Of a stretch of 64,000 nt of DNA, positions 1-14,262 are shown in pieces. Positions within the stretch are counted from its first letter, which is position 1. Each line of letters opens with the position of its first letter. Both the position numbers and the translations under genes were made by a program. The DNA lies in assembly GCA_012295275.1 (NCBI GenBank), contig CM022671.1, positions 10,168,001 to 10,232,000 of the forward strand, read 5' to 3'. The stretch comes from Chrysomallon squamiferum (lineage: Eukaryota > Animalia > Mollusca). The notes beneath the pieces were generated by a model, which had not been told where the DNA came from, made no database searches, and saw only the letters and a program-made list of their open reading frames with translations.

Positions 1-474
1 CAGTTAAGTTTAGGTGTGCTAGGCAAAGAATTCCACCTCTGACCGTGTGTATGTGTATGTGCGTGCATTTCTGTATTTACGTGTATTGTTAGGTACATAG
101 GCAAATTAGTTATTGCTAGGAATAATTTATACAAACATTTTCCACATTTTAATGCATTTAGAGTGGAAATAATTTTTGGTACGCATATAAATATTATTGG
201 CTAACAGCTATTTGACTTTTTGAATACGTTGTAAAGATATTATGCACAGGTGATTACAACACATCGGTAAATACGGATTTTACACACGAATAATTAAAAT
301 GGGTGGGATTCAAAAATGTTTCATGGGCGCTAAGTGAAAAAATTTGACTTGCTGTAATCGCCTTCATCTCATAAGAACATTGTACAGCTGATAGACTGAC
401 TGAAAGACTGAATACCTGAAACGTTGACCAACTCACTGAGTGATTGACCTGTTTGAGTGGACCAACTGACGTAC

Positions 475-790
475 ACCCAAACATACATACACACATACAT
501 AGATACATACACGCATACACACCTACACACATGCATACATACATACATACACACATACATAGATACATACATACACACATACACACATACACACATACAC
601 ACATACACACATGCATACATAAATACATACACACTTGCATACATATATATACATACACACATATGCACATATATACAAGATACATAGATACACACATGTA
701 TACATACATACATACACATACACACATTCAAACATACATAACACACACAAATTTACTTAAATAAATATATGCATACAGACATGCACACAT
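475..790. repeat. Compound (TACA/CA)n microsatellite
   Basis: Run of acatacatacacac units; explains the overlapping Cys/Val/Met and His/Thr/Tyr ORFs at 254-764. Confidence 0.95.
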
Positions 791-1655
791 ACGTATATAC
801 TTATATGCATATATATTCGCATATATGAGTGCATATATTTTCAGTTATACTGAAGAATATCATTTGTGGTGTAAATTTGATGACTCACGGATACAACTAT
901 TTTCACTTTAGCAATTTTGTTAATGGACCACAGCAAACATTATTTAATGTCTACATGCTAGGAATTGTCCCAGTTTTAGCAACACACGTGTTATAGCTGA
1001 CTGACCAAGTGTTAAAGATTTTTCATGGCTGTAAAATCGTGTTTTGTGTATATTTTCTCATGTTTTGTAGATATCGTGTAATTAGGTATGCATGGTATTA
1101 TTATGCAAATATAGATACTGACATGCATGCACATGAATATATATGCACAGTTTATAAACGAAACAGGTGAGAGATAGTACGTAGAAAACTAAATTCATTA
1201 GACATCAATGATGTTTCATAAGATAAAATATATAGATAGATACATAGATACAGAGATAGGTAGACAAATTAGATAGTTAGTCAAACAGACAAAATAAATT
1301 TAAAAAAGTAAAATAAAATAAAAACAGTAATAATACTTTTTTTGAAAATAATTTATCTGGTGTACAACTTTACAAAACTTCTAACAAATAATAATTTCAA
1401 ATTAAGTGTTTATAAATATTTCCTTATACGTAATTTCCACACTTCAACAAGGAAATCATTAAATTACATTACATACCGATGTTAATATTCGTGGAGTACG
1501 GCTTAAGTATTTTATTTATCCATATGACGTCCTAAATTAAAAATATATATAATAAGATATACACAGTCAAATGTCAAGGATACCATGAATTTCAGAACTG
1601 TGTTTTATTTAGATAGTTTCAGAGGTAAAGTTAATTATTAAACTTACCAGCATAT

Positions 1656-1674
1656 TTCTTCTTCTTCTTCTTCT

Positions 1675-1758
<84 letters not shown>

Positions 1759-1815
1759 CTAATATACAGAAGAAAATAGAAATGGAGATGATGATGATGA
1801 CGACGATTATTTTTA

Positions 1816-1872
<57 letters not shown>
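1656..1872. repeat. (CTT)n-(GA)n and (GAT)n/(ATT)n microsatellites
   Basis: Pure GA run about 1676-1754 followed by trinucleotide runs. Confidence 0.95.
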
Positions 1873-1874
<2 letters not shown>

Positions 1875-3849
1875 TTAATCGACCACCTTCAAAAAAGCCA
1901 ACAGAACAAAAAAAAAAAAAAAACCCTAAAAAAAACCCCAAACAAACAGAAAAACAAACAAACAAACAAACAAACAAAATAAAAAATAAATTAATGAATT
2001 AAGAAGAAGAACATGAAAATTAAATATAAATAAATATTGAAACAAAAATATGTTTACACACTTGATTAGGTATATAGCCTCCCACACATGCTTTGAAATA
2101 AATACTCATTACAAACGAAAACATTTTTTTTTTCCCTTTTAAGTCATATCCTCTAAGGAAATTGTTAAAATGCCATTACGAAAACATAATTATGTTAATA
2201 TACGCGGAACACAAAAGATAAATCTGCTAATACCTACATGACATACTGGTTTAAAACTGTATATGATTAACTGAACATACAGTTTCAGGCCTTTTTTTTC
2301 TTAGTTTCTTTCTTTCTTTTTTTAGTTTTTCTTTTATGCATTTTATTTATTGTTTTAAAAGAAAATGATTTATTTATTTATATTTTTAAGTATTAACTAC
2401 TTTTTACAGAGACAAATAGTGTGAAAGAAAAAAATGAAAAAGTGAAAGAAAGAATAAGGTCATTTATTTTGTATATTTTATTGTATATTATTAATATTAT
2501 TATTCTATTTATTTTATTTATTTTATTTTTTTATTTTATCTTATTTTATTCTTTACACAGATGATTGATAACCATGAATTTATATATTTGGCATTCACAA
2601 AATTATTTTAACTTAATTCAAGTTAAGCAATATAATAACTAGTAATCTGTTTTTAGAAGGTAAACGCCTTCCTATATAGTTCATCTTAGAAAACTTCATT
2701 TCAAATTCCAAAACTTAAATATAATTATTTCCGTGTACAATATTTCCAGGCCTCTCCAAGCTATGAACTCAGTAATAAGGAAATCATAAATAAAATCCCA
2801 CCATTACATGAACTTGGTATTTAGCATAGAGTCTGTTAAACATCCATGATCTACTGAATAAAAATGTATGGGATAATATATTATATAAACAATAAATGTG
2901 GATTTGAGTTCACGAGTTGTGACGTCAGAACAATGGTTTTAAGGGTTTTCCTTGTTACCCGTGTGTATTATTATGTATCAGCTTTATCAGAAAATGTTAA
3001 AAAACAGTGATAAAAAAAAAGGTAAGGAAGACTGGAGAGCGAGGATAAGAGATAGATGAATAGATGGGTGGTTAGATGGATAGATAGACAGATTAAATAT
3101 ACATTTCCATGTGCGTCATTTCCACCTTTTTTTTATACTGATTTGTGTTCCAGCCATAATGTTAAACTTTATCTAATCTTTATTATTCGGTTTCTTTTAC
3201 TTATTAAAAATATTAGATTATAATTATGATGTACTGAGCAATATATAAATGTTAATTAAGAAAATTATATATATATATATATATACACTCACATACACAC
3301 ACACACATATATATATACACACATGTATGTATGTATATATATATATGTGTGTGTGTGTGTGTATGTGTGTGTGTGTTCATCTGTCTTTGTGAGTTATTCC
3401 CTTAAATAATTTTTAATTAGAAGGTTAAAGTTTAAACAGGTTCATTTATTTATTTAAGTATAACGTTTAAATAAAAAATAAAAAAATATTAAAATGAAAT
3501 AATAATGGATATCATGGTATTCGTTTGCTGTTCTTAAATAAGATGAATATGTTGGCACACATGAAATGTAGGTGTCCTTGACATGCAGGAAAATTCCATA
3601 AACTGAGTTTACTGTGAGCAGAAAATCTGAGAAGTGAAATGTGAAAATTAAATGATTTATAGTTGCATTTGCTTTTCGAAAACAATATATATATATATGT
3701 GTGTGTGTGTGTGAGAAGAAGAAACCCATTCGTTTTGCTGGATTGATGTGTTAATTTGTTTAGAAAAACATAACTGCAGAAGAAACAGAAACTGTCTTTC
3801 GAGATGAAGGACGAAGGTCAGTTTCTGAATAACTGTTGTGGTGTACTAT

Positions 3850-3933
<84 letters not shown>

Positions 3934-5753
3934 TTAATCTCAGTAATTTATATATTCATTTTTAATTTGAAAGATGAAATTATTATTTTTTTTTTTTATC
4001 GTCAGATTCATCCTGAGGGCTATCAGTCCAGATCCACGAACAGAAGAAAAAAAAACAAAAACAAACAAATAAAAATAAAATAAATTGCAGATACCAAATC
4101 ACTATAAAAAAATTATTGAACGATTATTTTAACTTTTTCTTAGCCAAAAATCGGGTAAAGGGAGATAACTCCAACATCCTCAGGTTTATTTATTTATTTT
4201 TTAATACTAAATTTAGGGTTCGTTTCTAGTGAAATTATTTACAAAATATCATATTTTTCACTTATTATTTTAGTTTTCTTTTATTATTTATGATGTGAAT
4301 TTTCTATTTCTTCCAAAAGATTATTGAAACAATAAACTTGTACTTTCGTAATACATTGTCTTTTATTGTTTTCTTGATTTTAATCCTTCATTCATGTCAT
4401 TAAAGGTCATTTATTTAAATATTTTATTTTTATTTATTTATTTTTTTTTTTTTTTAATTACAGTTATTACTGAAATGTTGCTGGGATGTGTTTTTTGGGG
4501 GGTGGTTTCTATGTGATTTTTTTGGTTGTTGTTGTTTGTTTGTTGTGTGTTTTTTCTTCATCTTTCTTTCTGTTCTGTTTTGTTTTGTTTTGTTTTATTT
4601 TGTTGTTGTTGTTGTTGTTTTTTTTTTTGTCGCTGTTAATTTTTTATTTATTTATTTTTTGTTTGTTTAATAAACAGCAGGGTAATTATTTATATGCATC
4701 TTCCTGAAGACAAGGAAATTAATTTTTTGGCTATACAGCAATCAAGGGCAACTAAAATAGCCGGAATTAGTCCTTTCCTCAGAGTAGGATTGATCGCGAC
4801 AGCTTTGATGCCAGATCTTTGTGTTTTAACCGTCGAGCTTTGACAAAGAAAATATATCATTCGAAATTGTGAACGAAAGTAGGCACGTGATCTTTTGCTG
4901 TACGAAAACGGGATTCTGACTTGACACCTTTCGCTTTGTAATTCTATTTTCAAAATATTCTTTTCAGAATATTCGTTTTATTCAGTACTAAAGCTTCATT
5001 AAAGTTTTGTTTATTCTTACCCGTATTGTCTTTTAAATGTATTGAATATTTAATCAAAGAAAGAAAAAAGAACTTTTTATTTGTTTGTTTGTTTGTTGTT
5101 GTTTTTGTTGTTTTCTCCATGAGAACAGACTATTTCATAACAGTGGTTTACATGTTTAACTAATTGTTATTCTACACTGCGAGATACGTCACCCCAGCCA
5201 CTCAAGATTGTAAAAAATCTTTTTGTTTAAAAGAAAACAACACAGTTTAAAATAGCAGTTTAAAGCTTTCTGTTTATTGCTTCAACGATAACGGTTATAT
5301 AATCTCTCTTGTTTACAGCTTTCAATATTTATAAACAAACACAAACAGACATTTCATTAAAAATCGTTACAGTTTTTTTATGTACAAACGCAGAATCATT
5401 GAACTGAAATATAAACAATATTTTGAGTCGTAAAAAGAAATGGGATTAAGTAGGGTTTTCTTTTTCCTTCTTCTTTGTGTGTGTGTCCGTCCTTTTCGTC
5501 TAAGACGTAAGAATTCACATGGCCTGTAAATGAAAAGACTGTATTATTACTAGACTGCATATAGGACAGTAACCATTTCCATGACATACGTGACTGAAGA
5601 CAATAAACTGTTCCTTTGCTTGATCAATTTGCTCACAACAGCCATGATTCAAAATGTTTGATTTGCAGTAATTATGATAAATATGTTTAGGAATGTAACA
5701 GTTTCGCTAAATCACAGTTAACTGGAAGCAAAGTGGACTTAATTCGAAAAAAG

Positions 5754-5908
5754 GAAAATAAAATACAAATTAAACTTAAAGTAAGAAAAATAAAATACAG
5801 ATTAAACCTAAAGTAAGAAAAATAAAATACAACAACCTAAAGTAAGAAAAATAAAATACAAATTAAACTTAAAGTAAGAAAAATAAAATACAAATTAAAC
5901 TTAAAGTA
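5754..5908. repeat. Minisatellite, ~31-bp unit x5
   Basis: gaaaataaaatacaaattaaacttaaagtaa repeated five times with small variants. Confidence 0.9.
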
Positions 5909-7994
5909 TCTTCTGCATAGGATCAGTTCAGTAAAATACATATTTTTATTTCAATCTAAACAGTGACATGTCTTTATTCAGAATAACTCAAATTAATTTT
6001 TCTTTTCCATTAGAAATTGCGTACTTGAATAAATGTAAATTTTAAAAATCCAAACAATGTTCAAATTCAAAAAGATTGAAATAAAAAAATGACCATTCAG
6101 TGGCTAAATATACCTACAGATACAGTCACAGAATCTATAGTAATAACAGCAATCAATAGCAACATAACCATATAACAGTAATTATATTGATATACAGTAT
6201 CTCTTTTCATGATACTCGTAACATTATACAACCACACATTATTGCTACGCACATTATATATATAAGAATGTTAGGTTGCTCAAGGACAAATATATTAATG
6301 CACAGGCACGAATACATATCATATAATATCTGCATTACACACTGTAATTATATTCAGGTAGACATATAAAACATGAATTCACAATGTATTATATAATTAT
6401 AAACTTTGTTGGCAGTTATATACATGATTTTAATTTATGTGATACAGAACCTGTAATATTTATTATCCGTCATCAGATTATATATGACTATCTGCCGGTT
6501 TCCGATTATGACGTATTCAGACGTATTATTATTAATAATAATATCACAAACAGAGTTTCTTTTTAACTAAAAATCGGATCGCAAGTGAGATAAAAAAAAA
6601 AATAATAATAATAATAATAATAATCGCCAGAAATTTTAGCCTATGTACAAAGCAGGTCTATGTACATAATATATAACACATACAAATTATTTTTGTTAAA
6701 TGCACGTTTCACGCAACTGTCACATTAATGCTACAGTATAATTTCAGATCCAGTTAGTCTGACTGTTCGGTCTGATGTAGAAATGACATAAATTCTGTAC
6801 AAGAGAGTTTTTATAATGGTATATTACAGTAATCACAATAACAATAATATTGTTATTATTGCAGAAAATAAAAAGTTTCACAAAATTGTTGTTCTAATGT
6901 GCAGTGTGCTAATATTCTAAGATGAACAGATGGAAACTTACACAACAATATGATCATATAAACTAAAAGAATCAAATGTACAGGAAAAATGATATTTTGA
7001 ACATTATAAATCAGATACTGTGATATAGAAAAATCGTTAGTAAGTTAGTAAGTTTCAAGGTGATTATTAAAGTAACAATAAAGTGCAAAAAATATTTCGT
7101 ATTAAAGAAACTGCTATATTTTTAAGTCAATAATAAATAGCTTATGATCGTTTGTAAAAGTAACAAAACTGAAGTCAAAATTAAAACATGTGAGTTGCTA
7201 AAAACAAAAGACTGCATATTGAAAAACAGAGCAAAACTACAACTGGTGTTAACAACAGGACAACTAGTTCGTTGATCATATGCAAATAAACAGCATTATA
7301 CCATATTATAATGTCTATTATTTCACAAAATACAACCTTTTAGAAATTAGATAAGAATTCTGGATATTAAAATATGGTTGCACAAAATTATTATTATTAT
7401 TGTCGTTGCTATTGTTATTATTTATTTATATATTTAATGTTTCTGAATTTCAGAATATTTCTCTGCACTATCTTTCGAAGTTTATATTACAAAAGAGTTT
7501 TCGCTGGGAAACATTACTAACGTGTCTGTACATTATACTAAACTAAATTCTTTTTCCCCTTAGTGCTGGTGTTGAAACATTAACTGTGTGTTAAATACAA
7601 AAACGTTATATGGTAATGCACTAGACAGGTCGTTGAACGTATGTACACAACAGAAATGTTTGCTTTTGTCTGAAGGGCAAAACAGACTTAAGACAATGAA
7701 TCTGTTGTTATCAGTTCTGTTTAATTTGGAAACAAAATTAAACTCTACGTCATCGTGTAAACCGATCAACAAACCACAGAAATGTTAAATGTACGACATT
7801 AAAAAGAGAGAAAACAAGAGAAGTAACGGGACTGGTTTAAAGGACAGAGAGTTAAATAGATAAGTCAGAATGATGACAAAACTGTACAGGGACAGATGAA
7901 AGACAAAATGAAACAGCAAACTGATTCACAGAGAGAGATAGAGTAAAGCCAAAAATAGAGAGATAGAGTTAGGAAGAGATAAACAAGAACAGTG

Positions 7995-7995
7995 A

Positions 7996-8080
<85 letters not shown>

Positions 8081-8095
8081 AGAAGAAGAAGAAGA
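7995..8095. repeat. (CA)n-(GA)n-(GAA)n compound microsatellite
   Basis: Directly visible. Confidence 0.95.
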
Positions 8096-10958
8096 AAATA
8101 ATTAGCAAGTATGCCGATAGTCTAACAGAAAGATGAACACAGCTGTATCTCAGTCTGTGCATGTCAACAGGTGTATCGTTACATCAAAGTACTGATAAGG
8201 AATTCACTGCTTTAATCTATGGGTTACATAACGTTTAATATCTACATCTACAGCTTGGATACAGGCAAGTTCAAACACAATGGAACTCTATTCGAACTCC
8301 GCTGCATTTATTGATCCTATCATATACTGCCACCTAAGTAAAACATACTTGTCATCTTTAATTTTAATCATTTTCAGTGAATTAAAAAGTTTACAGTTAC
8401 ACAGAAAATTCTAATATTTTTATTTAATAATTTATTTTTCATTTCGCTATTAAAATCAGTAACTTGATTAATAACTTTTGTTAAAGCATGTTAATTTCAT
8501 TCATCGTTCATTTATTTCTCAAATGATACCAATGTACAGAGTTTATTTGAAGAAATGAATGAAGTAAAATTAGATATTACTTTTATTTCATTTTTCTGTA
8601 AAATCCTGAGATTTATATTATATGTTGTAATGTTAATTTTATTTGCTTTTTCTTTCATAATAAAACTATTTGACTTCATCATAATCAACACAAATATTTT
8701 TTAGCAACAACAAAAATAATAACTATAATAGTAATAATAACAAGAAGATGAAGACTATCCAGAATTTTTATCTAGATTCTAAAAAAGACAGTCTCTTTTC
8801 ATAAATTATATTTTTGTTTTAATTTATTTTGATTACTACAAAACATACTTTTCATTCTGAGGTTAAACATATTTTAACTCGAGTTGACTTCGACAGAAAC
8901 ATGAGCAGCGGATGTATGTGATATAAAATTAATGAAATAATATAAGACAAATCAATATAACTCCTCGAAAAGTTGACATTTCTTCAATTACTAAAAAGCA
9001 TAATCAATACTACTTAGCTAATAAAACAAGGAAGGTGCTTATTGACATACGTGTAAGTTGCCATGGTAGAATTATATAAAGATGGAAGCAGTATTTCTTT
9101 TCTTTGTCTTGGACAGAACTCTGTATTTGAAGAATTCTTTGATGGAAGCAAGACCAAAATTACCTATATTTGACAAAAAAAAAAAAATAATGTGTGTTAT
9201 CGCTGTGTATCAAAGTATCGCATGAAATTGAAACGCGAGCGCTTAAGAAGACAATAATTATGTTGTTGTTGTATTTTACAGTTATGAACATCCAATACAA
9301 ATGGAGGTTTACATCATCAAAGTTTAAATGATAAATCTGATGTCTTTATGATTTTGATTCATTTTCACAGTACGTATACGTCATATGGTAATTACTACCC
9401 ATGCACTGCATTGCTGTTACAGTAGTCAATTAATATGTCTTTCAGAATATATGAATAAATGATTTCCCCAAAAATAAACTGTTTTGATCTTTGGCTATGT
9501 TTTTGTTATATGCTTATTTAAAATTAAACTATTTTGATCTTTAAATATCATAACGCGACATAAAGAGTGACAATAATAATATATATTTCAAATTAACACC
9601 AGCCACGATAAAAAAATATATCTTTTGATCATTAAACTACTTTGTTTTATTTTCCAAAGAAATATATGCAATAAATTCCGAATATTAAAATAAAATAGGC
9701 TTTTACTTAACATATGCTTCGAAATATTCTCATACACTGGTTATACAAGTATTCTGTTCCATCGAAAATATTTTAGATATTCCCTGTGATATATGTTGTT
9801 TTTCTTTGTTGTTTAGATTTCCCTCTGTGCAGAAAGAGTAAGCGCAAAATAAAAGGAACTGAAAATACGAAGGCTACACAAGTATTAGTAATCTGTTGGA
9901 AATATATAGTCTGACAATTATAAGAACCAATATAATAGTTTTGGGAGAGGTAATTATTTAGAAAATTTAAATACATAGTAACAACTTTTTCTGATTCAGA
10001 AAGCACGTTTCTTAAGTCATAAATGTATTGAGTTCGTTACAACAGTTCGTTCAAATAGTAATAATGGTTACCTAATAGAGTAGACATTAATGTCTTTGAG
10101 TTGATAATAGCTTATGCAGATCTTAATAATCACCACAGCTAAACTTTTACCTGATCCCATAACTTGATTTATTTCAAAACAAGAATCCAGTGAATCCGGT
10201 GTTGTTAATAAAATAGTATATTAGAGTTAGGTAATAGTTTAAAACTTAATAAGCAAAAAGACGAATAATAGGCATTTTGAATCAATACACGTAAATATGC
10301 AAATACAAGAATACTAAAATACTAAACTCATATTTTGATAACAGTCACTGTTATATCCTCAGTTACACGAAAAGAAAAACATGAAATCTGAAAGTCACAC
10401 AAAATAATTACAACTTAAACGTGTTTCAGTAAGAATATAATTAATAAAATTACTATTACAATTATTTCTAATAATAAAACACTGGTAATTGCAACCATGC
10501 ATTGACAATTCCTGCACCTGCACTGTTTGAACAAATAGAAATGCATTTTTTAACCACTCTGTGCAATAAAGTACGTAATAAAGAATATATTTAACAATGA
10601 ACTGATAAACAGTCAATGGCTGGAATCATATAACAAATGGCTATAACAAACAATCCGAAAAAGCACGATTAAGGCATTCGCTGCTTAATAAACTAAGTTA
10701 CTGACTGACTGCGTTTATGATCTGCACCAATCAAATTTAAACCCAAACGTAATGTCGTTATAATATAATTATTATTTAAGAAATGTCTTAAATATGTTAT
10801 CCATGTCATCGGTAGATTTAACAAGCGTAGACAGTAATTATATCGTTGATGTAGTTGTCTATAATATTTTATAGTTATGAAAATCCGACAATCAGATCCA
10901 ATTAACACCAACATGGCACGTGCTGGCAGTGTGAACTGTCTTTCTACAGTTAAACATA

Positions 10959-13000
10959 TCACGGGTAGTATCCAAGGGATTGCTCAAAGTTTGTATCCGT
11001 CTGCGTGTAATGGAAAGGCGGGTCTCTGTGAACATGTAGATTAGTGAACATGGAGGCAATTTCTGCATCTTTCTTTGGTGGGGGTTGTCCACCGTAGTTA
11101 CCAAAAGGTTCTCTACCAGCCATGTCATAAGGCTGTTTTGACATTCTTTCGTTTCCAGGATGGTGCCGAGGAGGTTCGAAAACCATAGAACTTGGTCGAT
11201 TCTGGCTGCTACGAATATCAGAGACTCTATTAACGCCGCTGTCGTAGTGTTGTCCCTTTTGAACGTCGAAGTCGTCGTTAAACTGTTCAATATATCTTCG
11301 ATCTTCATCGTAGTCTTGGGAAAAATTATGCACCCTTGTCGTGTAGTTCTCGTCTCTGTAAATATGCTGTTGTGTGCCGTAATTGGCTGGCCTGGTCTCA
11401 TCGGATTCACCATAGCTGAATGGTCTATTTTGATTTTCTTCTTCTTCTCGGTATGATTTCACTTTGGCCTTCATATTCAAATTGTTGTCGTAGTCATGGT
11501 CGTCCTCATCAAACGACGATTTCGGGGACCTCGTCTTCAACTTGACCGCAGAAAAATCTGTTGGAAGTACTTTGACTCCGGTCATCAAATGCGGAGGCAC
11601 TTTGGCTACGGGTTTCTGCTGAGGAGCATCATCTACATCAGTCTGCTTCTGACCAGCATTCCAGTTTTCTCTGTTGGACATAGAGAACGATGGTCCCCGC
11701 GTAGGTTGATGGAAACTACGACCAGAAGGAAGCTGCTGTGAATTGTATGCCGACGTAGGAGATCGACGTGAATCAATATCTCGTGGTGATTCCATTGGCG
11801 AAAGAGGACTCTGTGGTTGCTGGAGCTGAGGACTTTGTGATGAAATTGGCAAGGCTCGATTCAGGTTTTCAAACTTGTGTGGTTTCTCGGCTACTTTAGG
11901 CGGCATCGCTTCGGGATTACGAACCGATTTGCTCAGTCGTCCAGCCTGAAAGTGCTGTCCTCTTTCAATATTTTCGTCTACCATGGCTCCCCTGTTAGAA
12001 GATTCGATCAAACTCCTGTTTAACCTTACCTCTCCACTTCCAGATGACCCTTGTCTGTTTTGGACAATAGCATTCGGCCTGTCATAGCTGTAACCCTTTC
12101 TAGACGACTCATATGTGGACGCTGGCCTTTTCGGTCCCAAAAATTGTTCTTCGTGACCGTACTGCCCATCTTCTCCTCTTTTCCATCCTTCGTCCTCTGA
12201 TGTTGAGCGGCAATAGCCCCAGCCAAACTGATCTTGATTTTCACGACAGGAAATATCAGAGTGTGGACGCATGTTTGGACTTGGACCTTCACGAGGTCTG
12301 AAATAATCATCTTTGAGGTCAAACTTTGAGCCAGTGTAAACTGTGTACTCTCCGTATTCTGTTCTAATAACATCGTTTCTCTGTCCACGGTTGAAGCCAC
12401 TTTCTAATGGTCTATCGCCGATGTAGTCTATGTCGTATCCTCCACCACATTCCATCTGGTCAATTAAAGAAATCAGTTGCAGAGCATCTTCTTCTGTTTC
12501 CATAACGAACACGTGGCAGTCCAACGACTTCACTCCCTTGGGCCGCCTCGTGACAAAGGCTAACAGAGGCGGGTGATTGATCTGCTTGAAAAACTGGTAA
12601 CTTTTATCAACGGAAAACACACTTTTGTCTTTGTTCGGTGGAACTCTGCTCTCTTCCAAAGGCAAGAAAATGGCTCGCATTTTCTTGTCATTCCCACTGA
12701 GTAGAGTAAATCTCACAGCTTCTTTATGCGTTATGTTCCTGAGATCATGAACCACTTCGCCTTTAGATCCATCAACGGGAATCACCGAAAGCCCATTTGA
12801 CGTCACTCGAAGAAACACCTTTTTAACACTGGAAGAACCACCGGGCTTCTTGTACTTCAAATACAAGTCTTTGATTGGCTGCTGCAGAGCTCCTACACCC
12901 GTGGTTGGTTTGGACAGCGCGCTGTAGCCGATGCTATCCGCAGTGAATCTCACCCCGTCCATGTCTTGATAGTTAACGATGCTCAGACTCTTTCGTCGAT
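10959..13000 (-). CDS. PTB/PID-domain protein with long disordered tail, coding exon 2
   Basis: 667-codon ORF, still open upstream to a ttttttAG acceptor at 13002/13001. The N-terminal ~170 aa have PTB-like elements (VFLRVTSNGLSV; PPLLAFVTRR; LDCHVFVMETEEDALQLISLI), followed by an S/P/Q/R/D-rich tail ending EQSLGYYP. Confidence 0.9.
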
Positions 13001-14240
13001 CTAAAAAACAAAATATAAATATTCTTTGTATTAGGTAAACACAATTATTTCATCACTTTATTTTTTTTATCAGTATTAAACAGCCTTTGTGAAACGAATT
13101 TAGCTAATTTTTTTCATTCCTTTAATATTTACTTGTTTTCATTCTTGCATTATAGTTTATTATCATAATAAGCATAACTTATTACTACAGTCAAAATCTA
13201 AAATAGTAATTAATAAAGAATAATAAAAACGTAGTTTACATCAAACGTAATATTAATTACAGACTGAACAATGGCACTGATACACAGAAAGGCTGTCAGA
13301 TGTATTAACGAAAAAAGTCAATGACTGACATCCGGATTAACTGATGAATCAAAACTATTGGTTGTGTAATAAGTGTGACTGTCGCATATATATTTAATAT
13401 CTCACCTGTTACCTTAACAATGTTTACTCATTGTGATGGTAGGATATTCGGTTTGACAATACATTTTACACGTATTATATAATTATTATTAATATTACTT
13501 TTGTCAGAATGATCTTAGAAAACAAATATACACATAAGCACAATACAACACATGGATACACACACAACATACACACTCGCACACACATTTCCATTACACT
13601 ACTTATCATAAACAGCTGTGTATACGCCTAAGGATTTGCAACCAACTGTTCCCAAACATTCGTGTTAATACTTTAAACACTTATTAATTAACACCTGCAG
13701 AACACTCGTCAACAAAGCTGATTTATGCTTAGGTTACCTGTATTGTGACATTGTTCACCGAAAAATTGTAGGTAACAAAATGATGGTTGTATAATCTATA
13801 GCCATAGATATGTTAATTAATTGAGATACTTCTGTTTTATTGAGTGTATGAATGTATAAATCTGTACACGTGTGTGCACGCACACCCACTCACACACACA
13901 TACATCATTATTATTCTTACAGGCATTCTTTCAAATACTGTTTCAAATTCTATTTTATAGCAAAGAAACAGAAAATACACCAGCAAGTATGATGTATGTA
14001 AGTATGCTTCTATATATGTGTGCATACATGTACGTTTGTATGTATGTGTGAGTGTTACTATGTATGTATGTAGATATGTATATGTGAAATCTCTGTGATA
14101 AAATATCACTCAGAAAATCTTTTGAGATTCATTTTAGACTTCATAAAAATAAAATTAAAATAAATAATAAAACATGAAACAATGATGATGATTAAAATTA
14201 TGATAACAGTAATCAGAATTATAGTAATAATAATTCCTAC

Positions 14241-14262
14241 CTTTCCAGAATTTCAGTCTCAT
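14241..14262 (-). CDS. PTB/PID-domain protein, coding exon 1 (MRLKFWK + G of Asp codon)
   Basis: Minus strand reads ATGAGACTGAAATTCTGGAAAG|gtagga. A phase-1 splice to 13000 gives in-frame MRLKFWKDRRKSLSIVNYQDMDGVRF. Confidence 0.75.

Noticed and set aside
254-764. Five overlapping ORFs of 75-157 aa
   Set aside because: Translations of a TACA/CA microsatellite.
5754-5908. CRISPR-sized ~31-bp direct repeats
   Set aside because: Head-to-tail with no spacers, in eukaryotic DNA; a minisatellite.
10892-12400. ORFs overlapping the PTB gene (173, 124, 98, 81 and 62 aa)
   Set aside because: Alternative-frame or antisense shadows of a long GC-richer coding exon, with no motifs.
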